From Alphaproteobacteria bacterium (lineage in GTDB: Bacteria > Pseudomonadota > Alphaproteobacteria > Caedimonadales > UBA9215): 64,000 nt of DNA. A program made the translations under genes and the position numbers. Positions 46,171 to 54,015 of the stretch are shown here, in pieces; positions within the stretch are counted from its first letter, which is position 1; the number at the start of each line of letters is the position of its first letter. The notes under the pieces are model-generated. The model did no database searches. It was not told where the DNA came from and worked only from the letters and a program-made list of their open reading frames with translations. The stretch is from contig JAACSN010000010.1 of assembly GCA_009993885.1 (NCBI GenBank), forward strand, positions 16,945 to 80,944, written 5' to 3'.

Positions 46171-47436
46171 TTAATTTCCTCCTTGAGAATTTGATGATGT
46201 GCTAACGGGACGAAGATTTTTATTTGTTACAGGATTTAAGTCAAAACCCTTTTTAAAGACCACATCCACTACACGGCCTGGATGAACCACAAGAACCGGA
46301 CTCATGGATTCTGCCCGTTTGATGCTAAAGTCAGCTAGTTTTTCAAGGGCATTAGACGCGCCATCTCCAATACTACTCTTGATAACACCTTCTGTTTTAA
46401 GGGCATTAGTTTGCCCAAAAGGGGAGACAGGAAAGACAGCGCTTTGTGCTTGAGATTTTACGAAATTACTCATGCCGGAGAGCATGCCGGCAACAAAGGC
46501 CTCTCGGACAACTTTTCCAGCTTTATCTACAACGAGTCCTCGAAGGCCCGGTGCGCCATCTTCGCCAATAACCCAGCCCTCAACTTGCTTTTCAACAGTA
46601 CGGCCATTGGCCTCAACAAAAGAAAGGGTGTGGATACGGCACATGGCACGTTCCGAGGAAAGATCCCCATAACAACTACCAATCATCACGGCATCTTTGA
46701 GCTTGGATTTCCAGCCACGGGGAAGATTTCCTTGATCACCCAAACGCATCATAATAGGTTGCGGATTTCCTTGGGCAGAAATAGATGTGGAAGCCACAAC
46801 ACCAGAGGTTAAGACAGCTTTGGAATATGTTCCTGCAACCACATAGTCATTAGCATTATGAAAATGATCATGAGATCCTATGCTGAAGTGCAATATTTTC
46901 TTAAGGGTTGGCATTCCTTTACCTGAAGGAACTGTTTTACTTTCATGGGGGAAGGTGTTTTCGATAACAGGCGCACTCTGGGGTTTTTCTGGTGAGATAC
47001 TTGAGGTGTTAAACCCCATAGAGCCAACAGTCTTTCCACTGGGTTTGAGCGTATTATGCTTCTCTGTTCTTTTTGCAAGGTTCTGACCTTTTGTTTTTTC
47101 TCTGGAAATGAGGGCGTCTTCCAAGTTTTTAAGGCGCTCTTCCTGAAGGTCGTTTTGTTGTTTAAACCTCTGCGCAATCTCAGCCATTTTAAGGACCTGA
47201 CCTTCAAGACGTGCTGCCCAAATATCTTTTTCGCTGACAAGATTACCAATGACCACTCGCTTAGACTTTTCTGCAACGTCTTTACCCTGTGTCACTTTTG
47301 AAAAGCCAGAAAACAGAAAATAGACCACCCCGAGAACACACAGAACCGCAAAGAGGAGAATAAGGAGCTGTTTCTTTTTTACCTCTTTAGAGCTGTCCTG
47401 TTCCTTCAAGCGAAGAAAGTTGAATAGTTTTTTCAT
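46171..47436 (-). CDS. traB: F-type TraB (VirB10-like)
   Basis: Start at the ATG at 47436 (track start is GTG). One N-terminal TM helix, coiled coil, and conserved C-terminal beta domain (CRIHTLSFVEANGRTVEKQVEGWVIGEDGAPGLRG). Confidence 0.85.
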   Translation of the reverse strand: MKKLFNFLRLKEQDSSKEVKKKQLLILLFAVLCVLGVVYFLFSGFSKVTQGKDVAEKSKRVVIGNLVSEKDIWAARLEGQVLKMAEIAQRFKQQNDLQEERLKNLEDALISREKTKGQNLAKRTEKHNTLKPSGKTVGSMGFNTSSISPEKPQSAPVIENTFPHESKTVPSGKGMPTLKKILHFSIGSHDHFHNANDYVVAGTYSKAVLTSGVVASTSISAQGNPQPIMMRLGDQGNLPRGWKSKLKDAVMIGSCYGDLSSERAMCRIHTLSFVEANGRTVEKQVEGWVIGEDGAPGLRGLVVDKAGKVVREAFVAGMLSGMSNFVKSQAQSAVFPVSPFGQTNALKTEGVIKSSIGDGASNALEKLADFSIKRAESMSPVLVVHPGRVVDVVFKKGFDLNPVTNKNLRPVSTSSNSQGGN

Positions 47437-47448
47437 CACAGTATCCCT

Positions 47449-47757
47449 TTAGCCGCCAAAGAATTGTTGAATTAGGTGATCGGCAAGGAAAGCTATACCA
47501 AAGCCTAGCCCCATAAAGGCCATCCCTAGTTGAACACTGATATTATCGATAATTTTATAAGCCCCAAAAGCAAAGGCCGCCAAAACGCCTGTACCAACTA
47601 CTTTTCCCATCATACCCGCATCAATTTTGTCTACTTCAGCCCCAAATTTCTCAACGAGCGAGCAATAGGCAGAGGTGCTATAGACGCAGCCTGCAAGGAA
47701 GAGAACTGTTTTGAAGGTATTAACTTTTCTTTTTGTAAGGTTTATAAATTGTTTCAT
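47449..47757 (-). CDS. Small membrane protein with propilin-like layout (candidate F-type pilin or lipoprotein)
   Basis: 102 aa. Basic leader of ~30 aa (contains LAGC), then a polar segment and two hydrophobic helices (VVGTGVLAAFAFGAYKII; LGMAFMGLGFGIAFLADHLI). TAATG coupling to traK. Confidence 0.5.
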   Translation of the reverse strand: MKQFINLTKRKVNTFKTVLFLAGCVYSTSAYCSLVEKFGAEVDKIDAGMMGKVVGTGVLAAFAFGAYKIIDNISVQLGMAFMGLGFGIAFLADHLIQQFFGG

Positions 47758-48413
47758 TATTTTTTCCCTGTTGTTTTTTTGATGATTGCCAATGTGGCTT
47801 CCCCATAAGAAGTAATTTGAGGTATGGAAACTCGCCCCCCTTCATCTTGATCAATGAAAAGCTCAGGGGTAATAGTTATCGTTTCTGGGTTTTTAGATAT
47901 GATTTTGCAAAGTGATATTTCATAGGAGCCGTTTGAAAACCTGTCGATTTCTCGGGCTGTGGCATATTCACTCACACGCTTATCGTGCTTTGGACTTTCA
48001 CGCCGGAACCCCCTTGGTGTTTCCCCAAGCAGAGCAACAGATAACCACCTATCAATCTGCTCCTTAGAAGCCCTTTTTTCATCTTTGTGTTTTAGAATTA
48101 ACGGACGTGGTGCTTTGCGAGCAAAGTCCAGTTTCAAGTCCTGCGTTTCCCCGGAGTTTAGAATCATTGTTAAATAAATAGGCTCACTAATACCTGCCGG
48201 AGCAACAAATAGGTGCCCTGATTCATGCAGGTTTAAGCTGTCATAAGCAGTTGATGGATATGCAAACATGTCTTTGATAGCGTCATTCTCAATGGAAATG
48301 CGCGTGAGTCCTGTATTGCTAATAGTATAATGCTGGACTTTAGACGAATCTATATCCGATGCAGCTTGCACTGCTGTGCTGCATAACAAGAGAGTTAGTA
48401 GTTTATTTTTCAT
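47757..48413 (-). CDS. traK: F-type TraK (secretin-like periplasmic ring component)
   Basis: Signal peptide. TGLTRISIENDAIKDMF ... GHLFVAP ... IYLTMILNSGETQDLKL pattern. Position between traE and traB. Confidence 0.7.
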   Translation of the reverse strand: MKNKLLTLLLCSTAVQAASDIDSSKVQHYTISNTGLTRISIENDAIKDMFAYPSTAYDSLNLHESGHLFVAPAGISEPIYLTMILNSGETQDLKLDFARKAPRPLILKHKDEKRASKEQIDRWLSVALLGETPRGFRRESPKHDKRVSEYATAREIDRFSNGSYEISLCKIISKNPETITITPELFIDQDEGGRVSIPQITSYGEATLAIIKKTTGKK

Positions 48414-48966
48414 CTTTAATCTCCTTGAGAGTTCTAACGGCTACTTGTCCCCTTGATAGGATCTTCCAACCAAGGGCAAATTTCTTTTTAGTCACGACTG
48501 GCTTTTGACTGCGACCAAAATAAGATAAGAAGTTTCCTTCAATAATGAGTTCATGATGAGAGCGATCGATGTGAGCTTTTTCAGGGTAAAAGGCGGTGCT
48601 GATATTATCTTTTTTTAAGGCCTTCTCTGTGTTCTCTAAATTTTCTGCTAATCCAGAGGAACTAATGGCCATTTGCAAAAAGGTTTGGTTTTTCTTTTGA
48701 ATGGTCTTGGGATTCGCTGTGAAAAGATCTCCTAGTAAAGTAAAACCCCAGTCCACAAGGTAGTTATCTGGGATGTGTTTGCCATCAAGATGGTATTGTT
48801 TTTGAGGCTCATTTAAAGAAGGCACAATAATGACCTTTTCATTCTTGCTCAGAGCTTTTGATAGCAAAATTAATGTGACTACCATTAGAAAGCCACACAT
48901 GACGTAAGCAAAGTTTCTTTGCTTTAAAACATGCTCTGTGACTTTGTTTTTGATATCTAAATGCAT
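48403..48966 (-). CDS. traE: F-type TraE
   Basis: Start at the ATG at 48966 (TAATG overlap with the traL stop). N-terminal TM helix FAYVMCGFLMVVTLILL. Size and position are typical of TraE. Confidence 0.8.
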   Translation of the reverse strand: MHLDIKNKVTEHVLKQRNFAYVMCGFLMVVTLILLSKALSKNEKVIIVPSLNEPQKQYHLDGKHIPDNYLVDWGFTLLGDLFTANPKTIQKKNQTFLQMAISSSGLAENLENTEKALKKDNISTAFYPEKAHIDRSHHELIIEGNFLSYFGRSQKPVVTKKKFALGWKILSRGQVAVRTLKEIKDEK

Positions 48967-49256
48967 TAATTGATGATCCTTGTTGATGAAGGAGGAAGAC
49001 TGGAGCGTCCGCTGGACAGACCCGTATGCCACCAAATAAGAGTTCCCATACGAAACCCTCCGGTCGCCTTTTTAAAGCGCTTAATAAAAATGATGGCGGC
49101 AACACATGCAAAGACAGCAATAATACCGATGAGCTTATTGTCACTGAGTGCATAGACAATAATGCCGACAAAGAGCAATCCAAGCTCATCCTTGGTCATA
49201 CCTAGGAATTTAATGGGGGCTTCGAGATCGAAACCAATACGATGTTTTGAACTCAT
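48966..49256 (-). CDS. traL: F-type TraL
   Basis: Trimmed to the ATG at 49256. The 96-aa product has LGMTKDELGLLFVGIIVYAL and a second TM helix, typical of TraL. Confidence 0.8.
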   Translation of the reverse strand: MSSKHRIGFDLEAPIKFLGMTKDELGLLFVGIIVYALSDNKLIGIIAVFACVAAIIFIKRFKKATGGFRMGTLIWWHTGLSSGRSSLPPSSTRIIN

Positions 49257-49297
49257 ATTTTCATTCCTTGTTTTAGGCCTAAATAGCCAATCAAATT

Positions 49298-49352
49298 CCC
49301 AGGCACCTCGGAGGTTAAAAAGTGGGCGGAAGCCACATGAGTGGTGCCTGGG
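49298..49352. other. Nested hairpin in the GC-richer traL leader region
   Basis: 10-bp outer stem cccaggcacc / ggtgcctggg. It encloses gtgggc-GGAA-gccac, which is a GNRA-type loop when read on the plus strand. Confidence 0.4.
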
Positions 49353-49571
49353 CAAGAGGGACTACGCAATGCAAGAGAAGGGACACCATCACGCAGGGTT
49401 TTTGCAGGAAAAGCTGAGGGATGTTTCTCTGCAAAGCTTTGGGCAGCAGATAACGCTGCTGAAAACTGTCTTGATTTTTTTGATGAAATGAGTGATATGT
49501 TATGCATATCTATTCCTTTCTGTTAAAAGGGGGAGTTGATACGAAGGAACGGATTTATCCGTTTATCTTCC

Positions 49572-49617
49572 GATCAATTAGGTGCCGCGCCGCCAAGCAT
49601 TGGATACCTAATTGATC
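49572..49617. repeat. 12-bp perfect inverted repeat with GC-rich 22-nt spacer
   Basis: gatcaattaggt ... acctaattgatc, 20 nt downstream of the stop of the 49637-50917 gene. No U-run on either strand. Confidence 0.6.
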
Positions 49618-49636
49618 ACTCTTTGGATTGAATCAT

Positions 49637-50917
49637 TTATTTGTTTGGTCCTTTAATTTCTAATTTCATACTGCTATTTTCCTTCAGAAAATCCCTCAAA
49701 GTCATACCAAAATCTTGTTCGATTTTGTCGCGGCAGAATCCATTGGGGTGGATGATATATAAACAGCTCCCTTTAACCTCAATCTCAGCCTGACGAATAT
49801 AACCGTGGTAAAAACCCGGGTTCCTCTTAAAAACAAAGTGACGGACTTTCTTGCATATTTCAGGCTCATTGATTGATTCGATGCTGCTTTCAATTTCATC
49901 AAAATCCAAGGAGGACTTGCCGAAGGATTCACGGTCATCAAACGTCCATTGACTCTTTGAAAATACATTGGCCACACGGGGTTCTTTTGGACTTACGAGC
50001 CAAGAAAGATTCGGCTTAAAGGCAACTTTATCAGCTTCACCCATGAGAAACTTTGATGATTTAAAATTATTACAAACGGTCTCCCAGTTCTGGAGGTCCC
50101 CTTCCAGCTGGTCATGCAATGCAGCCTCCAATTGTTTCGATAAAAACTTATTGGCTGTGGTGATGGATTTTTCTGAAACAAGCTTATTCCAGATTGAAAG
50201 CATTTTTCCTGAAAGAGATTCTTCCCCTCCCTCATTTTTCAATTCCGCTTGACTAGGTACTTCAGAATCATCTTTTGAAGAGGAGAGAGAAGAAATATTT
50301 GAAGTAGTATTTGTATCCTTTATATGATGTGGAGCTTGATCTCCATAGGGGGGTCTTTCTACGTCATCACCTATGGAGTTTGAATTCCATACCTGTGGAG
50401 CCTGATCTCCATAGGGGGGTATCTCATCTTCCATAGGGGCGGCTTCCTTTGAAAACACAGGTGTTTCATGGGTCATCGTCGTTAGTCTTTGAACAACAGA
50501 AGGAACGAGGTCGATATACATAACGTTATTTAAGCGCCCTGCTCTGCTATGAAGGGTCCTAAAAATACGTTTAATGACACCTAAATTTTCAAGACGGCGC
50601 AGACATTCTTGGCATTGTTTTTTAGAGAGACCAAATTGCACTTCAAAATCGGCGTATGAGCGCCTTAACAAATCTTCCTGGAACTTCTTGCGGTAACCAA
50701 TTACAAATCCTGTATGTTCATTACGAAGCTCAGTCGGACGATACCAGTACAAAATATCAGAGAGAATAAGGATTGAATTTGTATCAGGCTTTCCTGACTC
50801 AAAGGTAATGGTCTTAAACCATAAAGGCGGAACAATATTACCAGTGATGGATATCTTCCCGATCTCAGCAACAGCCTTTGGTAATTCGCTACTTACTTCA
50901 CTGTTCAAACGTGCCAT
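49637..50917 (-). CDS. Hypothetical DNA-binding/replication-organiser-like protein with tandem PPYGDQAP repeat
   Basis: The N-terminal third is conserved-looking with a winged-helix-like stretch (KKQCQECLRRLENLGVIKR). 27-bp direct repeats at 50328-50354 and 50394-50420. The functional label is a guess. Confidence 0.5.
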   Translation of the reverse strand: MARLNSEVSSELPKAVAEIGKISITGNIVPPLWFKTITFESGKPDTNSILILSDILYWYRPTELRNEHTGFVIGYRKKFQEDLLRRSYADFEVQFGLSKKQCQECLRRLENLGVIKRIFRTLHSRAGRLNNVMYIDLVPSVVQRLTTMTHETPVFSKEAAPMEDEIPPYGDQAPQVWNSNSIGDDVERPPYGDQAPHHIKDTNTTSNISSLSSSKDDSEVPSQAELKNEGGEESLSGKMLSIWNKLVSEKSITTANKFLSKQLEAALHDQLEGDLQNWETVCNNFKSSKFLMGEADKVAFKPNLSWLVSPKEPRVANVFSKSQWTFDDRESFGKSSLDFDEIESSIESINEPEICKKVRHFVFKRNPGFYHGYIRQAEIEVKGSCLYIIHPNGFCRDKIEQDFGMTLRDFLKENSSMKLEIKGPNK

Positions 50918-50949
50918 GTCATCTTCCTTTTAAGAAGTTTTGCTAACTG

Positions 50950-51150
50950 TTACGCTAAGAAATCTTCTGCTGTATGGAGACGAAGCCTCCTCTCTTCAAA
51001 AGACTCAATGTCTTGGAGACGATATAGTATTTTTCTACCTATTTTAAGATAAGCAGGCCCCTTGCCATTGCACCTCAGTTGAGCCAAATAACGTGTTGTT
51101 TTGCACCAACGTTCTGCCAAGATATCGGGTGTTACGATACTGTTTTGCAT
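50950..51150 (-). CDS. AlpA/excisionase-family helix-turn-helix protein (candidate Xis/activator)
   Basis: 66 aa. ILAERWCKTTRYLAQLRCNGKGPAYLKIGRKILYRLQDIESFE fits the AlpA/Xis MerR-like HTH pattern. Confidence 0.7.
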   Translation of the reverse strand: MQNSIVTPDILAERWCKTTRYLAQLRCNGKGPAYLKIGRKILYRLQDIESFEERRLRLHTAEDFLA

Positions 51151-51214
51151 GTTTACCTCTCTTCAAAGTGATACCCCATACTTCAAATGACGTGTAAGTC
51201 CTACGAAGGTGTGA

Positions 51215-51279
51215 TATTGTTATAATTATAGATACACACGTGTAACCATTAATTACACATTTGTAACACTTTAATTACA
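51215..51279. promoter_or_regulatory. Divergent promoter/operator region between the Xis-like and XRE genes
   Basis: tataattata -10-like element, and two direct repeats TGTAAC-n-TTAATTACA (51241-51257 and 51262-51279) just upstream of the XRE start. Confidence 0.4.
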
Positions 51280-51297
51280 TACTGTCAACGGAAAAAG

Positions 51298-51720
51298 ATG
51301 TCGGATATTCTTTTAAAAAACATTCAGAGCCACATTAACTACAAATCCCTTTCTGTGTCTGCGGTTGAGCGCATGGCTGGGTTGAAGAAAAATGCAGTTT
51401 ATAACATACTTAAAGGTATTTCTAAAAAACCTTCTTTAGAAACCATCCAAGCAATTTCAGTAGCTTTAGATTGCTCTATTAATGATTTAATTGAAGATAA
51501 AGGGGTAGATATAAGTCATGCCTCCGCAATTTTAGAAGACCCAAGTTTTTTTATTGAGTCGGCCAAAATGATAACAATTATTTTAAAAGAATCAGGTAAA
51601 AAAGTATCTCTAGATATTTTTTGTTCTATGGCACAAGAGCTGTATCTCTTTTCTTTCAAAAAGAAACTGCAAACACCAGATAGAGATTTTGCAGAGTGGA
51701 TCGTTGATAAAAAAGACTAA
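51298..51720 (+). CDS. XRE/Cro-C1-family HTH transcriptional regulator
   Basis: LSVSAVERMAGLKKNAVYNILKGISKKPSLETIQAISVALDCSINDLI is a canonical XRE HTH. Extra C-terminal domain. Confidence 0.8.
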   Translation: MSDILLKNIQSHINYKSLSVSAVERMAGLKKNAVYNILKGISKKPSLETIQAISVALDCSINDLIEDKGVDISHASAILEDPSFFIESAKMITIILKESGKKVSLDIFCSMAQELYLFSFKKKLQTPDRDFAEWIVDKKD

Positions 51721-51744
51721 AAAAAACATGCGCTTACCAATATT

Positions 51745-54015
51745 TTAAATGTCTTTATCTAAAGATACCAGGAGATCTGAATAGCGAGTACTTTCTATCC
51801 CAAAAAGATTTTTATAATGCTGAAGGTAATCAACGGCAACTCTATGAGAGTTGTTTTTTATAGATGAATCAATAATTTGAAAATAAAGAAGCTCAACATC
51901 AGGAATATTGAGATTTTTAAAGACTGCCTTATATATCTTTTCGGATTTTAAGAAAGCTGCAAATGCTTCGGGTATCTTCTTCTGTATCAACAAAGCTTGC
52001 CCCATTACACGCCAAGCAAGTGCTTGCAAACGATGTTTTTCGTCGCTTTTATACGTGGTTTGAAAAAGATCAATAAGTCTTTCTAGTTGAGTAACATTTC
52101 CTTTTTGATTCTTTTGCGTGTTCAATGAAACCGTTGATAACAAAAGATAGGTGATGGCAGATAAAGAGGTAGTGTCTCCTCCAAAAAACTTAATTTGGTC
52201 CTCTATATTTGTTAAAAGGAGTTTCTCGGCTTCAATGAATCTATCAGTTTTAATATAAAAATCCGCTTGAATATTTTTTCTTATGAGTTCAAGTGTCCCA
52301 TAATCTTCCACCAGTTTAATTTCCTCAGAAAGCTGATCAAGTGCATTTTCAGCTTCTTCTAAATTACGGTCATCTAGATGGATCATACTTTTGATGCAAA
52401 GAAATAGGCTCTTGTAGGTTGCTGATACTGATCGATGGTAATAGCCAGTGCATTTCTGGATATAACCTTCTGCCTTCCTTAGGTTTCCCTGCAAATATTC
52501 ATATTGGGCGAGGTTTGTGAGACACCTTAGACAATCATCTGCATATTGATAATCGAAGGCCTCTAAGTTTTGCAGAGCTTCCTTCATTAATTTGATAGCC
52601 AAGTCATATCCTGAATCTTTTATAGAAGACAAATAGCCTATGTTGATTTTGTTAAGAGCATCATAATACGACGTAGAAAATTCATTCTTAGCATTTTGTA
52701 AATCTTTTTTGATCGAGTCTTTGACTTTAGAAGCGCTGTCGAAGTTTCTTACGCCCCCCATGTAATAATCAAATAACATAGCTTTAATGGATAAGAGCTT
52801 CGGGTTTGAATAATTATAGTGCTCACAAAAGGCGATAAGACTTTCAGCGTGCGTGACCATTTCATTCTCTTTAAGCAAAATGTTGGTAGAGCTTACAGAC
52901 TCTTTATCAAGAGAAGTATACAAGATATCAATGGCTAATTTAATTATATCCTGACGCTTGGGTGCGGGGATGAAAAACCTTATAAGCTTGTGAATAATGT
53001 CATGAAAATGAAACGACATCTTTTCTCCTCCTGTGTTAAGGGAAATTAGAGAGGTTGAGCTAATACTAGAGAGTATGCCATATAAATTATCATTTTCATT
53101 CTTTTCTAAGTGCTTAAACAATATATTTCGGTCTATCTTTGTGGGACCATACAAACATAGGGCTAAGAGATATTCAGATGCTCTTGGGTTCTTTTTGGAA
53201 AAGTCATTAAAAAGTATTTCTAGAAGGGGTAGGAACCCTTTGTAATTATCCAATATCTCGGGATTAAAAAGGTTCTTAGGTTCTAAGAACGAACCAAATA
53301 TTCTTTGTATTTCCTGCAAAATTTCTTTTGTTGTCCCAGTGTTCATCAAATATTCTTTTATAATAGACAACATAAATGGATATCCAGAGAACATATTAGA
53401 AATATAAGTTAAATTTATGTCCTCTTTGAAGGATAAGCCCAGACTCAAATATTGACTTGATTCCTTTGGTTCAAATCCACCAATTTCTATTCTGTTTGCA
53501 TGCAAAGATTTATCTTGAGATGTTATGAGAAAGTAGGATGAATTTTTTTGCGCCAGAGAAATATAATTTTGAATTTCTTTATAATCATTACAATTGTCAA
53601 AAACGAGTAATATCTTTTGCTTTTTTTCTGAAAAAAAATCATAAAGAAGAGATAAAGAATTATTTAAAGATAATTTCTTGAAGTCAAATGGAATCTGGAA
53701 TTTTTGCTGGAGAAGATTGAACATTTCTTTGATCTGCTGGGTCACATTATGGCGACAGTCAATCCAATAAATCAAAGCGTACTCTTGCATTTGACCCTGA
53801 GCATAAAGTGCAGCTAATGCTGTCTTTCCAATACCAGGTAAGCCATAGAGTAAAACAGTAGAATTATTTTCAAATTGATCATGAATTTGCGTTTGATACT
53901 TTTCTCGAGAGATAAATTGATCAGGGGAATAAGGGATATAAGTGAATTTAGTAGCGCTGACATCGTTAGAAATTAGTAAAAGAAGGACAAGTAAGTGTTG
54001 AGCAATGCGCATCAT
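51745..54015 (-). CDS. STAND/NB-ARC-like P-loop NTPase with C-terminal TPR-like repeats and N-terminal signal-like segment
   Basis: Walker A GLPGIGKTALA, Walker B-like KILLVFDN, long helical-repeat C-terminus. N-terminus MMRIAQHLLVLLLLISNDVSA. ATGA coupling to the upstream gene. Confidence 0.7.
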   Translation of the reverse strand: MMRIAQHLLVLLLLISNDVSATKFTYIPYSPDQFISREKYQTQIHDQFENNSTVLLYGLPGIGKTALAALYAQGQMQEYALIYWIDCRHNVTQQIKEMFNLLQQKFQIPFDFKKLSLNNSLSLLYDFFSEKKQKILLVFDNCNDYKEIQNYISLAQKNSSYFLITSQDKSLHANRIEIGGFEPKESSQYLSLGLSFKEDINLTYISNMFSGYPFMLSIIKEYLMNTGTTKEILQEIQRIFGSFLEPKNLFNPEILDNYKGFLPLLEILFNDFSKKNPRASEYLLALCLYGPTKIDRNILFKHLEKNENDNLYGILSSISSTSLISLNTGGEKMSFHFHDIIHKLIRFFIPAPKRQDIIKLAIDILYTSLDKESVSSTNILLKENEMVTHAESLIAFCEHYNYSNPKLLSIKAMLFDYYMGGVRNFDSASKVKDSIKKDLQNAKNEFSTSYYDALNKINIGYLSSIKDSGYDLAIKLMKEALQNLEAFDYQYADDCLRCLTNLAQYEYLQGNLRKAEGYIQKCTGYYHRSVSATYKSLFLCIKSMIHLDDRNLEEAENALDQLSEEIKLVEDYGTLELIRKNIQADFYIKTDRFIEAEKLLLTNIEDQIKFFGGDTTSLSAITYLLLSTVSLNTQKNQKGNVTQLERLIDLFQTTYKSDEKHRLQALAWRVMGQALLIQKKIPEAFAAFLKSEKIYKAVFKNLNIPDVELLYFQIIDSSIKNNSHRVAVDYLQHYKNLFGIESTRYSDLLVSLDKDI

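Noticed and set aside
46411-47301. ORFs 46411-46812, 46878-47276 and others overlapping traB
   Set aside because: Off-frame or antisense to the conserved TraB frame.
48839-49355. ORF 48839-49189 and the 33-codon N-terminal extension of the traL ORF
   Set aside because: They are alternative frames or extensions over traL/traE. Family-typical TraL and TraE sequences start at 49256 and 48966 with TAATG coupling.
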